The position numbers were made by a program, and so were the translations under genes. This document shows, piece after piece, positions 1 through 11,700 of a stretch of DNA of 64,000 nucleotides. The notes beneath the pieces were generated by a model. That model saw only the letters and a program-made list of their open reading frames with translations, was not told the origin of the DNA and ran no database searches. Positions within the stretch are counted from its first letter, which is position 1. Every line of letters starts with the position of its first letter. The DNA is from Octopus vulgaris (taxonomy: Eukaryota): assembly GCA_951406725.2 (NCBI GenBank), contig OX597814.1:96844001-96908000 (forward strand), given 5' to 3'.

Positions 1-36
1 AGCCCTTAAGTTGAAACTAGGAAAAACAGATAATTA

Positions 37-452
37 TCATCATCATCATCGTTTAGCGTCCGATTTCCATGCTAGCATGGGTTGGACAGTTCAACTGGGG
101 TCTGGGAAGCCTGAAGGCTGCACCAGGCCCAGTCTGATCTAGCAATGTTTCTACGGCTGGATGCCCTTCCTAACGTCAACCACTCTGTGAGTGTAGTGGG
201 TGCTTTTTACGTGCCACTGGCACAGGAGCCAGACGAGGCTGGCAAATGGCCAGGATCAGATGGTGCTTTTTACTGCCACTGGCACGGGGTCCAGGCGAGG
301 CTGGTAGCGGCCTTGTTGGGATGGTGCTTTTTACATGCCACCGGCACGGAGGCCAGGTGAGGCTGGCAACGGCCACGATCAGATGGTGCTTTTTACGTGC
401 CACCAGCACGGAGGCCAGTCGGGGCAGCGCTGGCAATTCAGTGATATTGATA
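37..452 (-). mobile_element. RTE-X-type LINE 3' end (3'UTR with internal minisatellite, (GAT)n tail)
   Basis: (CAT)n followed by cgtttagcgtccgatttccatgctagcatgggttgg...ggatgcccttcctaacg. The same block recurs more than 10 times; longer copies (33.0-33.8, 37.9-38.6 kb) run into an RTE ORF C-terminus. Confidence 0.75.
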
Positions 453-547
453 TCATCATCATCATCATCATTGTTTAACATCCACCTTCCATACTGGCAT
501 GGGTTGGACAGTATATTGTATATAATTATATATGTGTGGCTATGGGC

Positions 548-882
548 ACAAATATGGTTGTGTCATCAGAAGTTTGTTTCCCAACCATACCATTCCAAGT
601 TCAGTCCGACTGTGTGGCATCTTGAGCAAGTGTGTCCTACCCTAGCCCCAAGCAGACTAAGTCCTTTTGAGAAGGTTTCATAGATGGAAACTGAAAGTAG
701 CCATCATGTGTATGTGTGTGTGTGTTTGTCCTCCACCACTACTTGATTACCAGTGTTCGTTTGTTTATGTTCTCTTGCAGCAGACTGACAGGATAAGTAC
801 TGATGCCTACTTATTTGACTAAAACCCTATAAGCTGATGTCCCAATATCATCATAGTCCAGTGATTGACATAAAAGATAAAG
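548..882 (+). mobile_element. degenerate tRNA-derived SINE (family B)
   Basis: Diverged match to the copy at 2139-2545 (head, ...gatggaaactgaaag, (TG)n, ...gataagtact). Confidence 0.65.
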
Positions 883-923
883 ATATATACAATATACATA
901 CCCACATACATACATACATACAT

Positions 924-954
<31 letters not shown>

Positions 955-995
955 CATACATATACATATATATATACACATATATTTATTTGTAT

Positions 996-1350
996 TCTCT
1001 TTCTCTTTTCTCTCTTTTACTTGTTTCAGTCATTTGACTGCGGCCATGCTGGAGCACCGCCTTTTAGTCGAGCAAATCGACCCCAGGACTTATTCTTTGT
1101 AAGCCTAGTACTTATCCTATCGGTCTCTTTTGCCGAACCGCTAAGTAACGGGAACGTAAACACAGACACACAAACACACATATATACAACGAGCTTCTTT
1201 CAGTTTCCGTCTACCAAATCCACTCACAAGGCTTTGGTCAACCTGAGGCTATAGTAGAAGACACTTGCCCAAGGTACCACGCAGTGGGACTGAACCCGGA
1301 ACCATGTGGCTGGTAAACAAGCTACTTACCACACAGCCACTCCTATGCCT
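996..1350 (-). mobile_element. tRNA-derived SINE (family B)
   Basis: Reverse complement of 2139-2545, with pol III A/B-box-like head at ~1280-1350. Confidence 0.85.
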
Positions 1351-1420
1351 TATTAATAATGAGAAATATATATATACACATATATTTATTTGTATATAAA
1401 TATTATATATAAATATATAT

Positions 1421-1625
1421 TATATTAAATTAGAGATAAAACCGCTATTAGGCAAATCTAACTTAAATTAATTTTAAGTATTGGCTTATGTTTTTCACTG
1501 TTTGATTTGCCTAATAGTGGTTTTATCTCTAAATTAATATAATATAATATAATATATTTATACTGTAAAATTGGATTTAATCCTAAATCTAATTTTTCCC
1601 TGTAAGTTTGGATTTATTCCCTATT
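1421..1625. repeat. short inverted repeat with one-sided tail (PLE-terminus-like)
   Basis: tagagataaaaccgctattaggcaaatc (1431-1458) pairs with gatttgcctaatagtggttttatctcta (1504-1531). Confidence 0.65.
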
Positions 1626-2138
1626 ATTATTATTATATATATATATATAGATAGATAGATAATTATATGAATGCTTAGTCCACATGTATTTGTATTTAGA
1701 ATATGTATTTTTGTGTGAGTGCATGTGCACGTGCTCACATGTTTAGGCTTTGCTTTCTATTTTGAGCTCTCAATATCCTGGTTTTCTATGACATGTCACT
1801 CCCTCAATGTATTAGCATGCAAACTGGCCAAGTATTTCCTTGACGTAATTCTCGTGTAGAATTTAGCCAATTTCACTGGTAAGCTTTTGCTACTCTGAAG
1901 CCATGATAAAGGCACGTACAAAAGATATCAGCCAATGGGATTGGACCTGACACCTATGGAACCATACAACTATGCCGTCATCCACACACCTACACTCATA
2001 TTAATAATGAGAAATATTTCATAGATGGAGATTTTATATTTTTATTAATGCAGTGCTACATATGTTTCGGCATGATATCTGTTTTTATAGGACCACCTCA
2101 TCATACCCATAGGATATTGTTAAATATCATTTATAATA

Positions 2139-2545
2139 GACGCAGGAGTGGCTGTGTGGTAAGTAGCTTGTTTACCAACCACATGGTTCCGGGTTCAGTC
2201 CCACTGCGTGACACTTTGGCCAAGTGTCTTCTACTATAGCCTCGGGCCAACCAAATCCTTGTGAGTGGATTTGGTAGACGGAAACTGAAAGAAGCCCGTC
2301 GTATATATGTATGTATATATATATATATATATATATGCGTGTGTCTGTGTGTGTGTCCCTAGCATTGCTTGACAACCGATGCTGGTGTGTTTACGTCCCC
2401 GTCACTTAGCAGTTCGGCAAAAGAGACCGATAGAATAAGTACTGGGCTTACAAAGAATAAGTCCCGGGGTCGAGTTGCTCGATTAAAGGCTGTGCTCCAG
2501 CATGGCCGCAGTCAAATGACTGAAACAAGTAAAAGAGTAAAAGAG
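2139..2545 (+). mobile_element. full-length tRNA-derived SINE (family B) with central (TA)n(TG)n
   Basis: A-box-like tggctgtgtggt, B-box-like ggttcagtccc, conserved body, (gtaaaaga)n tail. Near-identical copy at 39873-40322. Confidence 0.9.
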
Positions 2546-4305
2546 CATTGTTTACTCTGTATTTTTTAATAGTCTTTCAAAGATTGTGCTGAAGGGGTCT
2601 ATATAAGATATAGGACAACAGAAAAACTTTTCAACCTCAAAAGACTTTGTGCCAAGACAAAAGTTCTTCATTCTCACATCATTGAGTTCTTGTATGCAGA
2701 TGATTGTGACCAGCTAGCACATTCCCAAGAAGATATGTAACACATAATGAATGCGATTTCTGTAGCATGTACAGCATTGGGCCTTACAATCAACTTGAAA
2801 AAAACTGTTCTAATGTACCAGTCTATCCCCTCTAAGCTTTATGTGGAACCTTCTATAACTGTGAATGGTCAAAGGTTGGAAGCTGTAACTAAATTCATTT
2901 ATTTAGGAAGTACTTTGAGCACTGCTGGTCTTGGTGAAATTTCACATAGAATCAGCAAAGCTAGTAGCGCCTTTGGTAGAATTGACAGGTGCCTCTGGTC
3001 ATTATATATTATCATCATCATCATCGTTTAACATTCGCTTTCCATGCTAGCATGGGTTGGACGATTTGACTGAGGGCTGGCGAACCAGATGGCTGCACCA
3101 GGTTTCAATCTTGATCTAGCAGAGTTTCTACAGCTGGATGCTCTTCCTAATGCCAACCACTCCGAGAGTGTAGTGGGTGCTTTTATGTGCCAGTCAGGCG
3201 GTACTGGCAATGACCCCACTCGAATCTTTTACACATGCCACTGGCACAAGTGCCAGTAAGGCGATGCTGGTAACGATCACGCTCAAATGGTGCCTTTTAC
3301 GTGCCACCGGCATGGAGGCCAGTTAGCCGCTCTGGCAACGATCACGCTCGGATGGTGCTCTTAACACCCTACTAGCACGGGGCTCGAGTGCCAGTAAGGC
3401 GACGCTGGTAATGATCACACTTGAATGGTGCCTTTCCAAATTAAAGTTAGGGTTTATAACATGTGTCCTGCCATCTTTGCTATATGGAAGTGAGACCTGG
3501 CTTGTTGAACAATATCATCATTATTTTCTTAGGAAAATTCTTGGGATAAATTGGAAAATGGCATCAGTGATGAAGAGGTACTTGAGAGAAGTGGTAGTAG
3601 AAGTGTAGAATGAATGATTCTGCTAAGGTGTTTGAGGTGGGATGGACATCTGGTAAGAATGAATGATGAAAAACCTCCCAAGCAACTTCTGTATGGTGAG
3701 CTGGAAGATGGTAGGAGACCAGCACATAAACCCAAAATGAGGTTCAAGGACTGCCTCAGAATTGCTCTGACACAGACAAGAATTTCAGTTGTTGATTGGG
3801 CGAGAGAAACACAAGACCAAGATAAATGGAGGAAGAGAGTGCACAGTGGTTGTCTAAGGTTTGAGGGAGAGAGAATGAAGCATGAGAAGATTAGGAGAAG
3901 GCTTAGAAGGAATGAACCTGTGGAGAATGAGGGAGTGTTGCTTTTTGTGTGTGTGTGATCTGGAGGAGGGGGTGCTCGAGTTGTGCAGGTCTGGTCAACC
4001 ATCAGAAAACTCACAGGAAATGACCCATGTTAAATTGTGATATGGCTATTGTTCACAACAGAACATATGTAACATGTGGAATGGTGTGCCTCTCAATTGG
4101 AGCACTGAAAAGGCATGTCAAAAAAGTTCATACTGTGGCACCTGTTCTTTCAGCCAGCAGCACAGTTATGCATTATGTAATAGAATGTGCAAAACTTTCG
4201 CCAAACTCAAGAGTCATACAAGGGCCTCACATTGCATCAACATTGACTCATTTCAATTATTCCTTCAAGCAATGAGTTTGCTCGTATACGAGAAAGCAGC
4301 TAAGA
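2546..4305 (+). mobile_element. RTE/BovB-type LINE, 5'-truncated and decayed (RT C-terminal half plus C-terminal C2H2-like motifs)
   Basis: Translations FLYADDC, GLTINLKKT, FIYLGSTLS, LPSLLYGSETW, LRWDGHLVRM..KQLLYGEL. Contains stops and frameshifts; interrupted at 3008-3436. Confidence 0.92.
3008..3436 (-). mobile_element. RTE-X-type LINE 3' end nested in the BovB-type LINE
   Basis: Same (CAT)n/ggatgc.cttcctaa block as 37-452; the host RT frame resumes after it. Confidence 0.8.
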
Positions 4306-4394
4306 TATATGTGTGTGTCTGTGTAAAACAATGTGTGTACACACACATATATATAATCTTTGATACAGTCGAAATGAAATAGTACTTAATAGTT

Positions 4395-4740
4395 AATAAA
4401 TGTCTAATTTTTGCAGAAAGTCCCTATTTCGAAGGGAGACGATTAGTCAATACAAGTAGTTCAATTATACTTCAATTTATAAAATGCGGAGGATGAAAGG
4501 CAAAGCTGACTCCGACGGGATTTGAACCCAGACTGTAAAGAGTCAGATCGACGTTCTAACGATTCTGCTAACTTGCTGCCTTTAAGTATATGCTTTCTAA
4601 TTTTGATACAAGGCCATCAATTTTAAGGATTGGGATTTAGTCCATTCTATCGAGCTCAGTACATCCTAGAGAGATGGTGGGCAAAGTCATAGAGTTGACT
4701 TTGGTGGGATTTGAATTCAAAGTACATAGTGTAAAAATAA
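4395..4740 (-). mobile_element. two degenerate family C SINEs
   Basis: ggatgaaaggcaaagctgac..gggatttgaac is the reverse complement of the core seen at 11195-11412. Confidence 0.6.
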
Positions 4741-4829
4741 CTATGAAAAACTGCAGTTTGTGTGCACGTATGTTTGTGCTGGGAACTATTTAAATGTTGA
4801 TCAGTGTGTGTGCGCGCGCGCTCTAAGAC

Positions 4830-4970
4830 AACTACACATGCTTCTATTTCCAAGTTGTCTGAAGTTTACCGCACAAATTTTCAATAAAATGTTCGGTCAC
4901 ATATCACTCGTTGTATAATAAAAACGTATTCCCAGTGTATCTATGGCCGTGAGATACAAACAGATATAGG
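4830..4970 (+). other. candidate non-coding first exon (start approximate)
   Basis: Ends at tagg|GTGAGT (4971-4976) within the CpG-rich zone; only a short uORF (MAVRYKQI*). Confidence 0.35.
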
Positions 4971-5559
4971 GTGAGTGATGCACTGACTAAAGCAAGGTGC
5001 AGTTGAAAAGAATTATTTCTTATATATGTTGTCTAGTTTCCCCGTTTCTATCACATGTTGTTTCTTGTGACGTGGGCGATTATTTCCTTTGACGCAACTA
5101 CTTAAGCGTACTTTCCGCACTTAATGACAAGCCGTTCCTCCAGTAAAATAATATTGATGATTCATCATATTAACTTTTTCTCAGTTTATATATAAGGAAA
5201 ATTTATGGTTCTGTTTCCGATATGTTAGTTCCGAATAGTTCTATAAACAAACAACTTGTCCAATTTATCAACAAGCTTGTTTTGATCCTCCTGAAATAAA
5301 TATTAAAGATAGTTTCCATTGTTAGTATAAGTTGGTGAGATGGACAGAAAGTGGGAGCTTTTATAGAAAAGAATTGTATAGACTTTGTAGGGAATGAGCA
5401 AGAGCAGCAGATCGTGGGAATAAAACTATGGTTTGAAATGAAAATCATTCAATAAAGAATATTTTCTTTCGACTAGCACTGCTCGTATCGTCTTCGAAAT
5501 ATCCCTACCATCATCCTTGAAGTATTATGATGTAAATTAACGATGTCTTTCGCCCGTCC

Positions 5560-5745
5560 TAGGAGCGAGTCACTATGCGATTGCTCATGCTAGAAACAGC
5601 AGCTAACTTCCCTCTCCCCATTACCTACCGTCTTAAAAATGGAAAGGGATATTAAATGATGTCTAAGAAGTGATGCGATGGTCACGGCTAGATCACTTTC
5701 GATCATAGAAATGTTCGATCAGAGTTGACCTAGTTTCTAAATAAC
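5560..5745 (+). mobile_element. SINE-like interspersed repeat (family G); related copies near 12270-12450, 24825-25040, 48370-48560
   Basis: Shared motifs gctagaaa.agcagc.aa and t.gatcatag..tg.t.gatcag, in both orientations. Confidence 0.5.
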
Positions 5746-6189
5746 CGATTCCTTCTTCCCTTATGGCGAAATTATTGTGATTTTTTTTTTTTACCCATGT
5801 GATGTGAAACAAGTTCACTGTATTGTCGTCGTTTTCTGAATCAACGTAGTGTAATTTCTTCATAAACTAATATTTTTTTATCTTAGCTGCTTTATTATGC
5901 AAATAAACGGGTCATGGCTAATTTTGCTGTATCGTTACAGGACGGCGCTTTGAAAAACTGGCGATAAAAATACCGGTTTCTCTAGAAATAAGAATGTTTT
6001 AAAATATCTGATAGTTCTGGATTTGAAAATATTAGATTATTCAGATGAAATGCCTGATGGATTAAGAAGTATTCCTCCTACCTTGATTAGATATATATAT
6101 ATAAATTATGGGCAAGTCGTGTATTCGAGAGATGTGAAGGAAAGAAAACACTATTTCTACTGCTATTTGTGAACTAGTCATAACAATCG

Positions 6190-6410
6190 CTATGCAGAAA
6201 GGAGGTTAGTCAGAACTCTGTAGTGGTTAATCGATGTAAACTACGGATGCACAAAAGGTGCAGTGTACTTTTAGATAAGTTGAAATAGGAAGACGTTACA
6301 TGTACGAAAGTAAGCAAGAGATAGTAGTGCAAATCCCCCAGGTGGCTCATTAGTAATTAATAGTTTCTGCTACCTAGGTAACCTAATCAGCAGTGGAAAT
6401 GGTGATTAAA
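6190..6410 (+). mobile_element. degenerate RTE-X RT fragment
   Basis: CKLRMHKRCS and SFCYLGNLISSG; the first motif matches the CKLWTHKRCS stretch of 27600-28112. Confidence 0.6.
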
Positions 6411-7327
6411 AAGGATAAGGATGTTTTTTTTTGTTTTTCTATAGTCGGTTTAAGCAAATTGGACCCCTCCCCCAGAATCTTGTGACCGATGCCTATGTTC
6501 GAATTCATTTCTGTTGTTGATTGTCTTGTAACTTCTTAGCTATTTTGCTAGTATGGATGTCATAATTAACAAGCATCCACCTGAGGTTTGGTTTTTTCAA
6601 GCTAAACCTTTTAAATAAATTAGTGTCAAACAAATGGTTTTTTTTTGTACAGCTGGGACAGTGTTGAGACTAATCTAATATTTGATTTTTTTGGGGGGGT
6701 GGGGCAAAGTTCCTATTATAATAATCGCAACCATTGATGATATCCCTACATATCTCTTTTATTTCAATTTCCAGTGAGTGATTTTTTTTTTTTTTCTCAT
6801 TTTGATTTAAAAAAATTTTTTTGCCTGGTTGGCAGCAGTGTTCTAGAAACAACCATTTGTTGGCATGCTAACTTTCCTCCGTCTTATGACTTCTGTGTAA
6901 TTACCTTTAATTGTATTCTGTCTATATCGATAGCTCTATCTCAAATGATTGTATATCCCCACCAGCACCACCACTCATGTATCACAATGTTAGGAGAATT
7001 GCATTACTGTTAGTTTTGTTTCATTCATCTCTTGTAACTTTCCTTACACGTGAGAGAACATATCTAGCAACTTTATCATATCCTTATTTATCTAATAATA
7101 GTTTTGTTAAATAACCCACTAAGCCTGCATTTTGTAATAGTACCTTTACTTTATAGTAACTGAGCAGTATGTCAAATGGTGCCTAATCAATCTTACACTG
7201 CTACAACCAGTGAGGGTTCTCTATTGCCCCTTCAGTCCTGCATTTTTAATCCATATTACTACTTCTGCATTTTTTATTCTTTAGTCATGAAGTTCTGTAA
7301 AGTATTAAAAAAAATAATAATTAATGT

Positions 7328-7575
7328 GCCCTTTTTTTAAAGCCTAGCCAGGCTCACGGGCCCGGTTTCTCGGTTTCAATGGCGTATGTGTTCCCCAGCT
7401 GGACGGGACGCCAGTCCATTGCAGCGTTATTCATTTTTGCCAGCTGAGTGGACTGGAGCAACGGGAAATGAAGTGTTTTGCTCAAGAACACAACGCGTCA
7501 CCCAGTCCAGGAATCGAAACCACAATCTTACGATCATGTTGCTGACACCCTAACCACTAAGCCACGCGCCTCCAC
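7328..7575 (-). mobile_element. tRNA-derived CORE-type SINE (resembles octopus OR-type SINEs)
   Basis: Minus strand ggaggcgcgtggcttagtggttag...ggtttcgattcc head, then the CORE-like gttcttgagcaaaacacttcatttc...cagctggcaaaaatg. Confidence 0.8.
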
Positions 7576-7589
7576 TCTGTAAGGTATTA

Positions 7590-8450
7590 CCCGTGTAAAA
7601 TGGTGCTCATCTTTCCTGAGTACATTGTATCTAATATTAGGCTTAAAATGTTCTTGGTATTGTGCATTATATATCTGGAGGCATTGATTGGTATCTTTAT
7701 AAGACTTAGAGACAAGGATTGTTAGCATAATTGATCGCTTCAATAACTCTCACTGTTGTTAGATATTTGATTTTTATTTTCTTACTATTTTCATAGTCTT
7801 TCACTGCTATCATTAAGCCTCCTTACTGGGAGTTTAGTGTATGTGTGCAAGCCTACCCTGGCAATCTTGAAACTAGTCCCCATCTTGCATTTTCTTGCTT
7901 CATTTAAAACCAATGAATATCTACTTCAGGGTGATTATATTTTGTGTATTGTCAGCATCTTTCTAGTTTTCTTGTCAATTCCTTTTATGCCAGATCTGAT
8001 CAATAAAACCAATAATATATAACATCATTGGAGTGGTCAAACTGTTGACAAATTTAGTTTTGTCAGGAGAAAACGAGTTTTTTTTATGCATCAATATTCT
8101 TTTTAAAAATTTGGCTATTGTTTGTGATGAATCTATGCTTTCCTAAACATACACCCACTTGTTTATATGCTTTTGCTTTCTACTTTCCTTTGATAGCTTT
8201 TGTTTTAAACACATTATTTGTCTAATCCAAATACTGTTAATATCTTCCTAGATATCTCAATTTTATTCTGTAGGCTATTAGATTCTTCATTTTAATGCAT
8301 ATGTGAATGTAATCTATCTTTGTCTTTTCTTAATTCCTTTTCTTTGCTATATTTCTACTATATCAGTGATGTCAAAGTTTAACCGAATAGTAAAAGGAAA
8401 ATGGAATCTCCTTGAAAAAGCAGTTTTTAACTCAGACATCACACATTCTG
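7590..8450 (-). mobile_element. decayed R4/Dong-type (restriction-like endonuclease) LINE fragment
   Basis: Minus-strand remnants FQGDS, FGLDK, IDKKTRKMLTIH. Confidence 0.65.
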
Positions 8451-8769
8451 ATATTATTATTATTGGACCTGACCAGGTTAATGTCTAAATTTAAATCACC
8501 AATAATATTTCTAAAAGGTAGTATCTGTCACTTTGTTATTATGTGCAGAAAGCAAATATGAGAAAGATTATCAAATACTATCTGTAGTTGATCTTATTTT
8601 GTAGGCAGGTCCTTTTCTTTCATACCCATTTAGAAGAGTCCGTTGATATAAACAGCCAAGTATAATCCTTTGATATATACTTTCTGCTCAAAAGGAAAAT
8701 GTTATTTTCTGAATCTTCAATTACACTTTTTAGAACTTATTATTATCGTGTGTGAGCCAAATCCATTTT

Positions 8770-9310
8770 AAGGTTCACCCTTCCACCCACATTTGATAAG
8801 ACAGGGCAGGCAGTGTTCCTCTGTCAAGAAGCTATGGCAAAAGAGGTTGTGTGGTGGATGAGGCTGAAAGGATTAAAGAAAGACATCTTCCTCTTCAGTC
8901 AACTCCTTATTGACTTTTCAAGTTCGACTTGGGAAGGAAAGTGAAGGCTGGAGAAGGAAGTGCTACCTCTCAGGGAACTGGTGAAAAGATGGGTGATTGT
9001 AGTAAAAATGGTTAAAGTGAGTGGCCCTATTCTAAGCATGCAGCTGTTGATTGGAGAGCTACATTTGGGAGAGGACTCCTGCCTTTGGTGATCAGGATAA
9101 TCCTTGATATGTGGGGTTCCTTAGTTGACCCTGCATCATTCATGTTATCACTTACTTTGTATACTATGTATGCTTTTGTCACATTTCAGTTTTTTTTTCC
9201 ATTTCTTTCTCCCCATCCTTTATGTAAATCCTCACACAAATTGTTGCCTGTCTTTGTGATGTTCCCCTCATCTATGCCTCTGTCGTTAATAAAAGAAATT
9301 ATTATTATTA
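8770..9310 (+). mobile_element. L1/Tx1-type LINE 3' end
   Basis: AMAKEVVWWMRLKGL...KRWV, homologous to the copy at 44275-44992. Ends in AATAAA plus (ATT)n. Confidence 0.7.
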
Positions 9311-9329
9311 TTCATGAAAGTCAATTTTG

Positions 9330-10265
9330 TCTTTCAAAAAATTAAATACCAGTAAAATACTAGAGCTAATGTAATCAACTAATCCCACCCACCCCTAGAA
9401 TTGCTAGATTTATGCCAAAACTTGTGTTCTGGAACAATTATTATTAATATTATTACCAATTAGTTAAAGGTGATAAGTTAGCAGAATTGTTAGCATGCCA
9501 GACAAAATGTTTAGCAGTCTTTCATATTTTGGGGGTCAATAAAATAAGTGCCAGTTAATGACTGGAGTCAATGTAATTAACTAGTCCCCCCCCCACAATT
9601 TCAGTCTTTGTGCTTTTAGTACTTAATAGAAAAGATTATTACTAATTAGTTGATTGTCAGAATGTTGGAAACAGTATTTGTTCTGGCTCCTTATATTCTG
9701 TGTTCAAATCTTACCAAGGTCAGCTTTGCCTTTAATCCCTCCAGAATTGATAAAATAAAGGTACCAGTCAAGTGTTGGGCTTAATATAATCAACTTGGTA
9801 TCTCCCCTATCAACATTACTATCCTTGTGCTAAATTAGAAGCGTTTAATTTTGGTTAGTGGATTGGCAGAAACAATAGTGTCAAAAAGATACCTTGTAGC
9901 ATCCCTCCCAATGGCCACATTCTGAGTTCAAATCCACTTAGGTCACTTTGCTTTTCATCCTTTCAAGTTCAATAAAATAATATATTAGTCAAGTATTTGA
10001 ATTGACAGTCTCAACTAACTCTACTTCATTGAAATTTTTTGGCCTTGTGTCTAAATTACAGCTCACAGTTAGTGCATTGGACAAAGTGCTTAGCAGTGTT
10101 TCTTCTAGCTGTTTTACTTGGCTCAAACTCTGCAAAGATCAACTTTGCCTTTCATCCTTTTAAGGTCAATAAAATACAGTACCTATCAAGTACTGGGATT
10201 AATGTTGTCCATATACTCACTCTCTCGAAAACTGCTGGCCTTGTGCCTACTGTAGAAAATTGTTT
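9330..10265 (+). mobile_element. tandem cluster of about 4-5 family C SINEs
   Basis: Repeated ctttgcctttcatcc...aataaaata.gtacc..tcaagt core at ~200 bp spacing. Confidence 0.7.
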
Positions 10266-10279
10266 TATTATAACTGACA

Positions 10280-11700
10280 TCTATAGACTACAGGAATCTA
10301 TTGCTTTAAGCATACAAGAGACAAATCTCCTCTTGGATAAGAAAACAAAATACCACAGGTGATTTCTCTTGTGAGCGGAATTGAAAATGTATTTTGAACA
10401 AGTTTGTCCAATTTCATAATTGTTGCTGCTTGTGGCATTGAAATAAGCAATCCTGCAACATCTCCCTGCAGCCAAATGGACTTAGTTTATGATAGATAAT
10501 GTGGTTAATCTTTTCTTCTGCATCACTACATATTCAGCACTTATTGTATTCTGATTCGTTATATGCTTCAGGTGGTTTCTGGTGTACAGGCTTTGGTCTT
10601 TTGCCAGAATCAAGAAATCTTTGGTCTCTGCTTTAAATCCTGTATTTCTCAGTCAGTATTGGAATTTTTCTGAATTTATTTTCTTACCATTATTTTATCA
10701 TGGCATTCTGTAGTCCCAAATTTTTGTTCTCTTTTATAATTTTTTTCTCTTTGTTTCCCTATCTTCTTCATGGTTATCTGTTATTGCAGCCTCTGTTTTA
10801 GTATTTGTTGGCTTCCTTGAAGAGAAAATATTTTTTTTTGTTTTGTTCATGTTCCATAGCAATTTGTATTAATTTTTTGTGATTTTATACTAGATATTTT
10901 TGCAGTCATACAGTAGATAATTTGTTATAGTTTCCTAGTTACATAACCCCCATTCTACCTTGTATTCATGGTAAATATAGTCTTTGAATGCCAGCTTTCA
11001 AGTGGTATTTTCTAAATGCAGTCATTAGTTCCCTTGTTTTCCTGAGTAGTATAGCTAGGTCATTTGCTGTCCAATTGAAAATATTGTAACTATAAATGGC
11101 ACAGCTAGAGTATTGATGCCTTTTACTTTATTTTTTGCAGTTATCTCTGTGTTTTAAGTATTAATCTAATTGTCTGTAATGTTGTTTCCCTACGAAGGTG
11201 GCGAGCTAGCAGAAACATTAGCACGCTGGACGAAATGCTTAGTGGTATTTCATCTGTTTTTACATTCTGAGTTCAAATTCCGCTGAGGTCAACTTTGCCT
11301 TTCATCCTTTGGGGGTTGATAAATTAAGTACCAGTTGCATATTGGGGTCGATCTAATTGACTAGGCCCCCCTCCCCAAAAATTTCAGGCTTTGTGCCTAA
11401 AGTAGAAAAGAATATTGTTTCCTTATCTTTTCTTTCATTTGTATATATTGTCCCTAGCTCATTGATTCCTAAGTGTTTGTATGTCTGAGTTTAGTCTAGT
11501 TTTCTTACCTAGTATTATATTAGTGTTCTGAATTTTCCTCTCTTCCAGATCACTTTGCCACATTTTCTTAAGCTGAATCTCATTAATTTCTAAGATAAAT
11601 CCTTGCACTATCTGCTGGTATATTTGACCTTGTTTATATCATTTGTAGGACACAGCTTGAGATCATCCATATATAAAAGATGGTTAATAGTTCTTTGTAG
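10280..11700 (-). mobile_element. decayed R4/Dong-type LINE (RT plus C-terminal region)
   Basis: Minus strand INHLLYMDDLKL, YKHLGI, RKTRELMT, FKAETKDFLILAKDQSLYTRNH. Confidence 0.85.
11195..11412 (+). mobile_element. family C tRNA-derived SINE (Meta/MESC-like core, family name tentative)
   Basis: Head ggcgagctagcagaaac...gagttcaaattcc and core gtcaactttgcctttcatcctttgggggttgataaattaagtacc. Inserted in the R4-type LINE. Confidence 0.8.

Larger units (their letters stand above)
4400..6300. promoter_or_regulatory. CpG-retaining, promoter-like region
   Basis: Visibly more CG dinucleotides than elsewhere (gcgcgcgcg near 4812; tgacgtgggcg, tgacgc near 5068-5096). Consensus donor G|GTGAGT at 4971. 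Confidence 0.5.

Noticed and set aside
190-440. Repeat-spacer-like array suggestive of CRISPR (also 26.0, 33.3, 42.3 kb)
   Set aside because: The 'spacers' are homologous to each other, the arrays lie in LINE 3'UTRs, the DNA is eukaryotic, and there are no cas genes.
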